A stretch of 57,559 nucleotides of DNA, taken from the NCBI GenBank assembly GCA_949282945.1, contig CASDQQ010000050.1:1-57559 (forward strand), written 5' to 3'. Positions within the stretch are counted from its first letter, which is position 1. The number at the start of each line of letters is the position of its first letter. The translations under genes and the position numbers were made by a program. Below the pieces are notes generated by a model that was given only the letters and a program-made list of their open reading frames with translations, had not been told where the DNA came from and did no database searches. The DNA is from an uncultured Eubacteriales bacterium. GTDB taxonomy: Bacteria > Bacillota > Clostridia > UBA1212 > CASDQQ01. Of the stretch, positions 1 through 8,642 are shown in pieces.

Positions 1-43
1 CGTTCCAGATAATGACGTTGCTCATGGAACGTTGATCAGGCAG

Positions 44-72
44 ACCACCGGCTTAGCCGGTGGTTTATTTTA
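44..72 (+). terminator. Rho-independent terminator of an upstream + strand transcript that ends just inside the window
   Basis: Perfect 9-bp GC-rich stem ACCACCGGC / GCCGGTGGT (44-52 and 56-64), 3-nt loop, followed by TTATTTTAT. An open frame entering from the left edge stops at TGA 33-35. Confidence 0.6.
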
Positions 73-87
73 TCTGTCGATATAATA

Positions 88-121
88 AAAAGTGAACTGT
101 CCCTTTGAACAGTTCACTTTT
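88..121 (-). terminator. Hairpin terminator downstream of gap, possibly bidirectional
   Basis: 13-bp stem (88-100 pairs with 109-121) with an 8-nt loop. On the minus strand it is followed by TTTTTATTATAT and lies about 100 nt after the gap stop. A T-run is also present on the + strand side. Confidence 0.55.
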
Positions 122-218
122 GTATATTTTTTATAATATTAGGTCTGATAATTTATTTTACTTATACCCAACATTTTAGGAAATACTAAAATATTAAGAA
201 TCTTTATTTTTAATCAGA

Positions 219-1232
219 TCATTTTAGCTCAGCAAAATATTTGATAGTTCTTACCATCTGGCTAACATATGAATTCTCATTATCGTACCATGAAACAACC
301 TGAACCTGAGTAGTTCCGTTATCGAGCGGAGATACCATAGTCTGAGTAGCGTCAAACAAAGAACCATAAGTCATACCAATGATATCGCTTGAAACGATCT
401 CATCTACATTATAACCATAAGACTCGTTTGCCGCAGCTTTCATAGCCTCATTGATCTGATCCTTTGTAACATTTCCTTCAACGACCGCTACTAATATAGT
501 AGTAGAACCTGTAGGAGTAGGAACACGCTGAGCAGAACCAATGAGCTTACCGTTCAGTTCAGGAATAACAAGTCCGATAGCCTTTGCAGCACCGGTAGAG
601 TTAGGAACGATGTTAACAGCGCCCGCACGTGATCTTCTCAGATCGCCTTTTCTCTGGGGACCGTCAAGAATCATCTGGTCTCCAGTATAAGCGTGGATAG
701 TACTCATGATACCGGATTTGATAGGAGCCAGATCATTTAATGCTTTTGCCATAGGAGCCAAGCAGTTTGTAGTACATGAAGCCGCGGAAATAACCGTATC
801 TTCAGCCTTCAAACTTGTATGGTTTACATTATAAACGATCGTGGGAAGATCGTTTCCTGCCGGAGCAGAAATAACAACCTTTTTAGCACCTGCAGTAATG
901 TGAGCAGAAGCCTTCTCTTTTGAAGTATAAAATCCTGTACACTCTAAAACAACGTCCACGCCGATTTCTCCCCAAGGAAGCTCAGCCGCATTTGCCTTTG
1001 CATAAATCTGAATCTCTTTTCCGTCAACAACAATAGAAGATTCTTTAGCCTCTACTTTATCAGCCAATGCGTATTTACCCTGTGCCGAATCATATTTTAA
1101 TAAATGCGCCAACATTTTAGGGCTTGTCAGATCATTAATTGCAACCACTTCATATCCTTCAGCTCCAAACATTTGTCTGAAAGCGAGACGACCAATACGT
1201 CCAAAACCATTAATAGCTACTTTTACTGCCAT
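219..1232 (-). CDS. gap: Glyceraldehyde-3-phosphate dehydrogenase (type I)
   Basis: [12 protein letters not shown]-binding N-terminus and catalytic SCTTNCLAP motif; full-length family architecture. Start set to ATG 1232 (MAVKVAING), 9 nt after GGGAGG. The listed ORF extends 6 codons further. Confidence 0.95.
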   Translation of the reverse strand: MAVKVAINGFGRIGRLAFRQMFGAEGYEVVAINDLTSPKMLAHLLKYDSAQGKYALADKVEAKESSIVVDGKEIQIYAKANAAELPWGEIGVDVVLECTGFYTSKEKASAHITAGAKKVVISAPAGNDLPTIVYNVNHTSLKAEDTVISAASCTTNCLAPMAKALNDLAPIKSGIMSTIHAYTGDQMILDGPQRKGDLRRSRAGAVNIVPNSTGAAKAIGLVIPELNGKLIGSAQRVPTPTGSTTILVAVVEGNVTKDQINEAMKAAANESYGYNVDEIVSSDIIGMTYGSLFDATQTMVSPLDNGTTQVQVVSWYDNENSYVSQMVRTIKYFAELK

Positions 1233-1281
1233 TTGAAAATTACCTCCCAAAAAAAATAATAGGTCTATGACCGCGACCTTT

Positions 1282-1310
1282 ATTTTATACTATTTCCGAG
1301 GCCTTTTCAA
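1282..1310 (-). promoter_or_regulatory. Putative sigma-A-type promoter of gap
   Basis: Minus strand TTGAAA (1310-1305), 17-nt spacer, TAAAAT (1287-1282), about 50 nt upstream of the gap ATG. Motif match only. Confidence 0.35.
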
Positions 1311-1358
1311 TAATTTTTGTTAAAATTTTCTTTATTTGATATTATTTCCCTATATTTC

Positions 1359-1754
1359 TTATCTTCTACTGTTTGAGGAATCATTAAAACTTGGCAGTAC
1401 ATTATAATTATATCTTGGTTTGTCTCCCGGATAATAAAAATAAACAAATTTAATGGAAAATATATCGCACACAATATAGTTTCTGTAGTCGTCGTCGTAA
1501 ATAGTAACAAAATTCCTTCCTACCAGATAGAGAATACCCTGTTTTCTCATTATCATCGCTGTTCCTATCAAAAATTCTATTACTACATAACTTCCAAGAT
1601 TTTGGGAAAGTATGCTTTGCATAGATCCTCTCATTTCCTCAGTATCAAAGTTTTCCTGGGGAAGAGAATGAAATTCTTCGTTGGGAGCTCCACCTCCCGC
1701 TGAGTTTCCGCCCGCAGACGATATATTCCTGGGATCGTTCATATTCATATTCAT
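1359..1754 (-). CDS. gerQ: GerQ-like spore coat protein
   Basis: 131-aa ORF 12 nt downstream of a CwlJ-type hydrolase gene, which is the Bacillus cwlJ-gerQ arrangement. The C-terminal half (SILSQNLGSYVVIEF...GRNFVTIYDDD...CDIFSIKFVYFY) resembles the GerQ/YwdL core as I recall it. The N-terminus is low-complexity. Not verified by search. Confidence 0.5.
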   Translation of the reverse strand: MNMNMNDPRNISSAGGNSAGGGAPNEEFHSLPQENFDTEEMRGSMQSILSQNLGSYVVIEFLIGTAMIMRKQGILYLVGRNFVTIYDDDYRNYIVCDIFSIKFVYFYYPGDKPRYNYNVLPSFNDSSNSRR

Positions 1755-1766
1755 AACTGTTACCTC

Positions 1767-2204
1767 CTAAGTGTCCGCATATTTGTCTGTTGGATTATAA
1801 AAGCAATGGTCACCTATGCGTATTACAAATCGGCCTACCTCCGAAGGAAAATTCTGCCTGCACGCCGCCGTAAAAGGATTAAAGTACCAAAGGGCAAAAC
1901 CCAGGTTAGTAAGCCTGTTTCCGGCTATGGCCCAGTTGGCGATATCATAATGTACCTGCTCCGGTCTCATATTATAAATATTCTGTTGGTTATACTGACC
2001 TCTTATTTCTTCCCGGACGCAGTCAAACTGGCCTTTTTGATAAACAACGGCTCTTATAGTCTTTTCCAACCGTCCGTATTCTCCGTATGTAATATCTACT
2101 CTGTTCATAACAACGCTGGCTACCGCCCTCATACCGTCGTCCCCTTCACCTCCCGCTTCGCATTGTATTATACGCGCCAGAATTTCCAAATCGGAAAATG
2201 CCAT
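1767..2204 (-). CDS. cwlJ: Spore cortex-lytic cell wall hydrolase, SleB/CwlJ family
   Basis: ARIIQCEAGGEGDDGMRAVASVVMNRV signature of the SleB/CwlJ hydrolase domain, CwlJ-like size, followed by a gerQ-like gene. Start probably ATG 2204 (MAFSDLEIL); the ORF could extend to 2249. Confidence 0.8.
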   Translation of the reverse strand: MAFSDLEILARIIQCEAGGEGDDGMRAVASVVMNRVDITYGEYGRLEKTIRAVVYQKGQFDCVREEIRGQYNQQNIYNMRPEQVHYDIANWAIAGNRLTNLGFALWYFNPFTAACRQNFPSEVGRFVIRIGDHCFYNPTDKYADT

Positions 2205-2308
2205 ATTTTGTCTTTTCCCTCCCAACAGACACACTTTTTTATTCTTCATAAATATATGTTTGTTTCCCTGGGAAAATTACTTAGAATACAAAAAATAAGC
2301 ACTAAAAA

Positions 2309-2341
2309 ACGCCGCATATGCAATCACGGCATACGCGGCGT
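2309..2341 (-). terminator. Rho-independent terminator ending the long ruvA...M20-peptidase transcription unit
   Basis: Minus strand ACGCCGCGTATGC / GCATATGCGGCGT stem (one mismatch) followed by TTTTTTAGTGCTTATTTTTT, 30 nt after the peptidase stop. Confidence 0.8.
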
Positions 2342-2370
2342 ATATAAATACTATAAAAGTTTAATTCAGA

Positions 2371-3531
2371 TCATGAATGCCAACAAAGCTCATACACTAA
2401 AGAACAAGCTTTATTCAGATCAGAAATCTTAATGCACTCGGAAACTGTATGGACTTTATCCATGCCCACAGAAAGATTTACCGCCGTAATCCCTTTAGCA
2501 TTGTAAAAATTCGTATCACTTCCGCCGCCTGTTTTTTCGAATACGGGATTTATTCCTAACTGTGAACACGCTTTGGAAAAATTTTTCAATATTTCCGAAT
2601 CCACGGAAATTTTAAATGCCGGATATGCCAAAGAAGTTTCCATACTCACCTCGCCGCCCCTTTTGGAACAAGCCTCAGCGGCCTTTTGCAAAATCTCATC
2701 TGTAATATTTCTCAGCTTATCCTCGCTGCAGCTTCTTACTTCAGCTTCAACCGCAACATTATCGCACACAATATTTGTTGCTGTACCGCCTGAAATTATC
2801 CCCACATTGCAAGTGGTCTCTTCGTCGATACGTCCCTGCGGAAATGAAGCGATCGCCTCGGAGGCAGTAACTATGGCATTTATCCCCTTTTCCGGCTCAA
2901 GCCCTGCATGGGCCGCCTTTCCTCTGAAGCGAAGCTTGATCATATTCTGCGCGGGTCCTTGAATGTCGCAGGTTCCTATAGGCCCTCCGGAATCTAATAC
3001 ATAACAGTATTTTGCATTGATCCCGGTTTTTTCAAGGTCAATATGTCGAGATCCTAAAAGACCTATCTCCTCGGCCACTGTAAAAACGCCCCAGAGATCT
3101 CCGTGAGGAGCGTCCATTTCCTTTAAAGATATAAAAGCTTCTATTATCGAGCTTATGCCGGCTACGTCATCTCCTCCGAGAATGGTTTTCCCATCAGTAT
3201 AGATAATATCTTTATCCTCATTAACTATGATATTCTTGCCTGAGCACGGCGTAACCGTATCCATATGAGCTGAAAACATTATTCCGGGAACATAAGAATT
3301 ATCTTTAAAAGTATCGTCCCTCTCATAAGCCCCCACATTTGAAGGAAGCCGGCATATAATATTCCCGCTTTCTCCTGAAATTTTATCCGCCGTATCGTCC
3401 TCAAAAACCTCTATTTTATATTCCGTTAATATCTGTTTTATTTTGTTGGCTACGGTTCTTTCCTTAAGAGACGGACTGTCCTGTCTAACAAGACTTAAAA
3501 ATATTTTAAGAAGCCTTTCTTCATTTACCAT
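2371..3531 (-). CDS. M20/M25/M40 family metallopeptidase (peptidase T-like)
   Basis: SAHMDTV, GGDDVAGISSIIEA and AEEIGLLGS metal-ligand motifs of the M20 family. ATG 3531 (MVNEERLL) is preceded by GGGAGG. Confidence 0.8.
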   Translation of the reverse strand: MVNEERLLKIFLSLVRQDSPSLKERTVANKIKQILTEYKIEVFEDDTADKISGESGNIICRLPSNVGAYERDDTFKDNSYVPGIMFSAHMDTVTPCSGKNIIVNEDKDIIYTDGKTILGGDDVAGISSIIEAFISLKEMDAPHGDLWGVFTVAEEIGLLGSRHIDLEKTGINAKYCYVLDSGGPIGTCDIQGPAQNMIKLRFRGKAAHAGLEPEKGINAIVTASEAIASFPQGRIDEETTCNVGIISGGTATNIVCDNVAVEAEVRSCSEDKLRNITDEILQKAAEACSKRGGEVSMETSLAYPAFKISVDSEILKNFSKACSQLGINPVFEKTGGGSDTNFYNAKGITAVNLSVGMDKVHTVSECIKISDLNKACSLVYELCWHS

Positions 3532-3533
3532 AT

Positions 3534-4649
3534 TTATTCCTCCCAACTATATTTGGTCAACCTTCCCTTTTGAGACAGACCCTTGAATCCATGCTGCCGA
3601 TAAAATTCATACATTATAATATTTACGGAATTGGAAAGATTCAAAGAGCGTATCTTATTGCGCATGGGTATCCTTATGCAAAAGTCCTTATTATCATGGA
3701 GCAGCTCCTCCGGAAGCCCTTTTGTCTCCTTTCCGAACACCAAAAATGTATTTTCAGGATAGGAAATATCGGCATATGTATTAGCAGCCTTCGTGGTAGC
3801 ATAGAAAAAATGTCCCTCCGGATTTTTTTCTTTGACCTCCTGAAAAGAATCGTAATATTCTATCTCAACCTCCGACCAGTAATCCAGTCCGGCCCTTTTT
3901 AAATATTTATCGTCGGTACAAAAGCCCAGAGGCCTTACAAGATGCAGTTTTGCCCCCGTAGCCGCGCAGGTCCTCGCTATATTTCCTGTATTTTGCGGGA
4001 TTTCAGGCTCCACCAGTACCACATTAAGCTCGTTTTGAAGTCCAAAAAGGCTCTTTGCCAATCGCTCAAAGGCTTTTCCCCTGTGGCTCACGGAATTTTT
4101 TTCCTCGTCCGTCATCTGAGAAAAACTTTTTTCAAAACCTGAGTGAAAAAATACAGGATCATATCCGTATCCGTTCTCTCCCACCGGCTCATAAAGTATT
4201 TTCCCCCTTACCTCGCCGATCTTATACAATCTTCTTCCATCTTTACATACCGCTGCCGCTGCGCACACAAAGGCCGCGCCACGTTCCTCCTCTGGAACAT
4301 TCTCCATTTCTTCTAAAAGGCGCCTGGTCCTTCCTGCGTCGTCAAGCCCCGGTCCTCCGTATCTTGCGGAAAATATGCCCGGTCTCCCGTCAAGAGCGTC
4401 CACACAAAGGCCAGAATCGTCGGCGACTACCGTCAGATCTTCCATGCGGCGGAATTTTTCCATCTTCAAAAGTTCTGTCATTAAAGCTTCGGCTTTAATA
4501 AAAGCATTTTCCAAAAAACTTTTTCCGTTTTCCTCGGGATCACTTGTACAACCCGCCTCTTTAGCGGATATGACCTCAGCCCATTCTCCCATAATTTCCT
4601 TTATCTCTTTTACTTTACCTTTATTTCCCGTCGCAACCACGATTACCAT
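3534..4649 (-). CDS. Fusion protein: RdgB/HAM1 non-canonical purine NTP pyrophosphatase (N-terminal) plus tRNA (cytidine/uridine34-2'-O)-methyltransferase TrmL (C-terminal)
   Basis: N-terminal ~200 aa carry ATGNKGKVKEI, ADDSGLCVDALDGRPGIFSARY, GYGYDPVFF and SHRGKA (RdgB family). The C-terminal ~165 aa align by eye along their whole length with E. coli TrmL (VVLVEPEIPQNTGNIARTCAATG, RAGLDYW, LVFGKETKGLPEELL, IRIPM..IRSLNLSNSVNIIMYE). One uninterrupted frame, junction near 4025-4050. Start ATG 4649 with GGAGG 8 nt upstream. Confidence 0.85.
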   Translation of the reverse strand: MVIVVATGNKGKVKEIKEIMGEWAEVISAKEAGCTSDPEENGKSFLENAFIKAEALMTELLKMEKFRRMEDLTVVADDSGLCVDALDGRPGIFSARYGGPGLDDAGRTRRLLEEMENVPEEERGAAFVCAAAAVCKDGRRLYKIGEVRGKILYEPVGENGYGYDPVFFHSGFEKSFSQMTDEEKNSVSHRGKAFERLAKSLFGLQNELNVVLVEPEIPQNTGNIARTCAATGAKLHLVRPLGFCTDDKYLKRAGLDYWSEVEIEYYDSFQEVKEKNPEGHFFYATTKAANTYADISYPENTFLVFGKETKGLPEELLHDNKDFCIRIPMRNKIRSLNLSNSVNIIMYEFYRQHGFKGLSQKGRLTKYSWEE

Positions 4650-4671
4650 ATCAAAATCCTCCGAGGCATAG

Positions 4672-5187
4672 TTATCCATAGCTCTTTGATCTTATACAGC
4701 CGCAATATTTTTGCCTGTAAAGACCATATTCTCTGGCCATAGCCTGCCCTTTTCTAAATCCAGGCCTCCAGTCTTCGTAATAAAAATCCACTCCATACTT
4801 TTCGGCTACCTTTTCGCATATTTCTATTATCATTTCATGCCTTTGATAAGGACTTACGAGCAAAGTAGTGGAAAAAGCGTCAAAGCCTCTTTCCAAAGCT
4901 TCTTTCGCAACCCTTTCAAAACGTCTCTCATAACACATCCGGCACCTTTTTACTATCTCTCCCTGAAAATCTTCCCATGTTTGTTGGTCAAAATCGTCGT
5001 AATATATAACGTCAAAGTTTTTAAGTCGGGAAAGTATTCTTAAATTTTCCCGCCTTCTTTCAAACTCTTCTATGGGATGGATATTGGGATTATAGTACAT
5101 TCCTGTAAACTCTATACCCTTTTTTGCAAGGATCTCCGTCGGGTACGCGGCGCAGGGACCGCAGCAAATATGTAAAAGCAGCCTCAT
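4672..5187 (-). CDS. queH: Epoxyqueuosine reductase QueH (DUF208)
   Basis: LLLHICCGPC N-terminal cysteine motif and C-terminal YRQKYCGC motif typical of QueH. The ~170 aa size fits. GGAGA lies 8 nt before the ATG. Confidence 0.8.
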   Translation of the reverse strand: MRLLLHICCGPCAAYPTEILAKKGIEFTGMYYNPNIHPIEEFERRRENLRILSRLKNFDVIYYDDFDQQTWEDFQGEIVKRCRMCYERRFERVAKEALERGFDAFSTTLLVSPYQRHEMIIEICEKVAEKYGVDFYYEDWRPGFRKGQAMAREYGLYRQKYCGCIRSKSYG

Positions 5188-5211
5188 TTTGAAAATCTCC
5201 GTATAGTAATT

Positions 5212-6213
5212 TTATTTTTCAAACATATCAATTCCGAAATGGTCGTATGCCAACTTTGTGGCTATCCTTCCCCTCGGCGTTTTATCTATGAAACCAAGCT
5301 GTAAAAGATATGGTTCATATACATCTTCTATGGTTCCGGCTTCTTCTCCTACGGCGGCGGCTAAGGTTTCGATTCCCACAGGTCCGCCGGTAAATTTATC
5401 TATTATCGTCAAAAGATATGTTCTGTCTATTTTATCAAGCCCCATCTTATCTACTTCCAGAGCATCCAGGCCTTCTTTGGCATATTTCAAATCTATGATG
5501 CCTTCGCCTTTTACCTGAGCAAAATCCCTAACCCTTTTTATGAGACGATTGGCGATTCTTGGGGTTCCTCTGGCTCTCCTGGCAATCTCATAAGCGCCTT
5601 CTTCAGTAATATCGATTTTTAAAATTCCGGCCGATCGTTTAACTATTTGAGCAAGCTCCTTTGGGGTATACATTTCAAGCCTGGAAACCACCCCGAATCT
5701 GTCTCTCAGCGGAGCGCTTAAAGAGCCTGCCCTTGTAGTCGCTCCTATCAAAGTAAATTTTGACAAATCCAGACGTATGGATCTGGCAGAAGGACCTTTA
5801 CCAATCACTATATCAAGGGCAAAATCCTCCATAGCCGAATAAAGTATTTCCTCTACGCTTCCGTTAAGCCGGTGTATCTCGTCAATAAAAAGAACGTCAT
5901 AGGGATTTAAATTGGTTAGTATTGCAGCCAGATCAGCGGCCTTTTCAATGGCGGGTCCCGAGGTGATCCGTATATTTACACCCATTTCCGAGGCAATTAT
6001 TCCGGCCAAAGTGGTTTTTCCAAGTCCGGGGGGCCCGTAAAGCAAAACATGATCAAGAGTCTCCTGTCTTTGCTTGGCAGCCTCTATAAAAATTTTAAGA
6101 TTGCTTTTAGCCTTTTCCTGCCCGATATACTCCTCAAAACGCCTTGGTCGAAGAGATATCTCATCCATATCTTCATTCAGCATTTCCGCGCCGATTATTC
6201 TTTCCTCTTCCAC
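5212..6213 (-). CDS. ruvB: Holliday junction branch migration helicase RuvB
   Basis: [14 protein letters not shown], Walker [10 protein letters not shown], Walker [13 protein letters not shown] sensor; full-length RuvB architecture. Confidence 0.95.
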   Translation of the reverse strand: MEEERIIGAEMLNEDMDEISLRPRRFEEYIGQEKAKSNLKIFIEAAKQRQETLDHVLLYGPPGLGKTTLAGIIASEMGVNIRITSGPAIEKAADLAAILTNLNPYDVLFIDEIHRLNGSVEEILYSAMEDFALDIVIGKGPSARSIRLDLSKFTLIGATTRAGSLSAPLRDRFGVVSRLEMYTPKELAQIVKRSAGILKIDITEEGAYEIARRARGTPRIANRLIKRVRDFAQVKGEGIIDLKYAKEGLDALEVDKMGLDKIDRTYLLTIIDKFTGGPVGIETLAAAVGEEAGTIEDVYEPYLLQLGFIDKTPRGRIATKLAYDHFGIDMFEK

Positions 6214-6225
6214 AAAAACCTCCGC

Positions 6226-6831
6226 TTATCCTTGCCTTAAGGCCTCTTTGATAACATCTTCAACTGTCATTCCTTCTTTATAAACCTTTAAAACCGCTTT
6301 TCCCGCTTCAATCTGAGAATATCCAAGTACCGTTAAAGCGCTTATAGCCTCCCGGACCGCGGAATCTCCCTCTCCTGCGCCGCTTTCTTCGTTAAAGACC
6401 ACTTCGGCAAGCTCCGTATCTTTACTCTCTTTCATAATTTTATCCTTAAGTTCAAGCACCACCCTTTGGGCAGTCTTAAGGCCCACTCCCGGAGCCTCCT
6501 TTAAAAGCTTATAATCCCCGGAAACAACTGCCAGGGATATTTTTGAAGGCGTATGCTTAGACAAAAGAGCAAGCGCGGCCTTAGGGCCCACTCCCGAAAC
6601 GGAAATGAGAAGTTCAAAACAGGCAAGCTCCTCCCTTGTATAGAAGCCGTAAAGCAGCATAGCGTCTTCTCTTACATGCAGGTACGTATAAAGTTTTACA
6701 TCTTCCCCCGCTGCCCCTGCGGCTTCCATTGTTTTCAGAGAAGTATATATCCTGTATCCTACTCCGTTGGCCTCTACTATAATACAGTCAGTATATATGG
6801 AGTCTATTTTACCCCTTACAAAAGCGTACAT
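6226..6831 (-). CDS. ruvA: Holliday junction DNA-binding protein RuvA
   Basis: MYAFVRGKI...GVGYRI OB-fold N-terminus and two HhH motifs (VSGVGPKAALALL, PGVGLKTAQRVVLELK). Sits immediately upstream of ruvB. Confidence 0.95.
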   Translation of the reverse strand: MYAFVRGKIDSIYTDCIIVEANGVGYRIYTSLKTMEAAGAAGEDVKLYTYLHVREDAMLLYGFYTREELACFELLISVSGVGPKAALALLSKHTPSKISLAVVSGDYKLLKEAPGVGLKTAQRVVLELKDKIMKESKDTELAEVVFNEESGAGEGDSAVREAISALTVLGYSQIEAGKAVLKVYKEGMTVEDVIKEALRQG

Positions 6832-6855
6832 AAATATCTTTTCCTTTCTTATTTC

Positions 6856-8607
6856 CTAGGCGGCGTCCTCCTCCAAAGCCTTAACGCCTGAAATATATTT
6901 TTCCACCTGTTCTCTCACTATACTGAACGGAACAGATCCGGGATCGAGCACAGCTTTATGGAAATCAATAAGGGAAAAATTATCTCCCAATTGTTCTTCA
7001 GTATACTCACGAAGTTCAAGAATTTCAAGAAGTCCCACAGCATACGGCAAATAAGACGCCGGAGCCTCGATCATCTGCCTGTAATAAAATTTACAGGTTT
7101 CTTCATCTGTAATTCCCTGGGTATTCAGCATATTTTTCAGCCATTCAAAGTCCTTTCCATAATAATTGATTTCTATATCTATCCAGGCTAACAGCGACAG
7201 ATCAAGAACGTTACCGTATTGCAGCAGTTTTACGATATCCTCTGAAAATCCCGCGTACTCGAAAGACTGCATTTCCACATAAGAGGCCCATCCTTCAGTA
7301 TACCCCAGATTTTTCATAACTTTTCTCAGGTTATCGGTTTGTGAGGAAGAAAAGTAAACCGACTGATATAAATGACCTGGATAACCTTCGTGGGCCAAGG
7401 TGGAGAACAAATTCATATTTTTATATCTTTCAGATCCGTTTATATATATAACATTATTTGTAACATCGTCTATTGGAGGCGTCATATAAAACGCCGGACT
7501 CAAGCTGTCCTCCAAAGATTCTGACACATATTTTACAGTATATTGCACATCCGGAATTTCAGGATAATCCTTTTTTATCGCTTCTTTAAGTGTTTCCAGT
7601 ATTTCCACAGGATCATTTGTACCGAAAGAAAGATTTTCAAGCTGTGTTAAGATTTCGGGATCATTCATTATAATAGTCTGCATTCCCGTAAGGCTTTCGG
7701 CGTAAGCGCCTTTTATCATATTGTATATTTCATCCATACTTTTTGAAGATCCCGTTTGGCTCGCCGTCAGATATTCATAGTATTTCTTTCCCTCGGGCAG
7801 TCCCGCAAGTCCTCCTTCGTTTGTTCCTGTTCCCCGCAGTTTTTCCATATCCTCGCTCAGCTTATTATACGCAGGAAATACCGTTTCTGTGACGATTTCT
7901 TTATTTTTCTCTTTATATCCGGCAGCTTTTTCCTCATCCAGTTCCATGGCATCTATCCTCTCGTTAAAGGACTCTATGAGTACGTTGTCCTCGCCGCTTT
8001 TTACAAAAACATCGTTCGCTTCCAAAAACCCGTCCAGGCTCTCGTCAGACATAAAAAGGCCCTTTTCTGATTTCTGCTTTTCAAACTCCGCTATTTCATC
8101 AAAAAACTCGCCTATTGTCCCAAGCAGCGAAAAATAATCCTCTATGTAGCTTTCTTCATAAAAATTAAATTCGGCAAGCAGGGTAGGTATATAAGTATTT
8201 ACCGCGGAAGAACCCAGACAGTACTCATAATAATAACCCAAACCTTCGGCCATAAGCTCGGTAGAAAAATACTCCATAAGCATATCATATGTTATTTGCT
8301 GACTTGCCGTAAGTTTATCATAACTAAAAAAATTTTCTATCCGGCTCATTTCAGCTCTTATTGCCTCAAAACGCATATCATCCGGAGAAACGCCGCCAAA
8401 AGTGATCAGTCCCTTTTCAACGCCCATCGCCTCCGGATCCTTGATAAGGAAATTAGAGCTTAAAATATCTCCTGACACCATAGACTTAAAAGTAGACTCT
8501 ATATATGAGTCAAATCTTTCCGACGCGCTTCTTATTCTGCAGGAGCTTCCCCCGATCATAATTGTAACCGCTATTACAACAGCTGTTGCTTTTTTCAGTA
8601 ATTTCAT
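6856..8607 (-). CDS. DUF885 family lipoprotein (putative metallopeptidase-like)
   Basis: Signal peptide with a lipobox-like GGSSC. HEGYPGHLYQ motif characteristic of DUF885; ~580 aa is typical for the family. Confidence 0.65.
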   Translation of the reverse strand: MKLLKKATAVVIAVTIMIGGSSCRIRSASERFDSYIESTFKSMVSGDILSSNFLIKDPEAMGVEKGLITFGGVSPDDMRFEAIRAEMSRIENFFSYDKLTASQQITYDMLMEYFSTELMAEGLGYYYEYCLGSSAVNTYIPTLLAEFNFYEESYIEDYFSLLGTIGEFFDEIAEFEKQKSEKGLFMSDESLDGFLEANDVFVKSGEDNVLIESFNERIDAMELDEEKAAGYKEKNKEIVTETVFPAYNKLSEDMEKLRGTGTNEGGLAGLPEGKKYYEYLTASQTGSSKSMDEIYNMIKGAYAESLTGMQTIIMNDPEILTQLENLSFGTNDPVEILETLKEAIKKDYPEIPDVQYTVKYVSESLEDSLSPAFYMTPPIDDVTNNVIYINGSERYKNMNLFSTLAHEGYPGHLYQSVYFSSSQTDNLRKVMKNLGYTEGWASYVEMQSFEYAGFSEDIVKLLQYGNVLDLSLLAWIDIEINYYGKDFEWLKNMLNTQGITDEETCKFYYRQMIEAPASYLPYAVGLLEILELREYTEEQLGDNFSLIDFHKAVLDPGSVPFSIVREQVEKYISGVKALEEDAA

Positions 8608-8642
8608 AAGTTCCCCCTTGTTTCGGATTTATGATCATCGTA

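Noticed and set aside
1307-1510. 67-aa minus-strand ORF overlapping the 3' part of the gerQ-like gene
   Set aside because: It is out of frame with, and mostly inside, the better-supported GerQ-like ORF. It is AT-rich, has no RBS, and extends into the gap promoter region.
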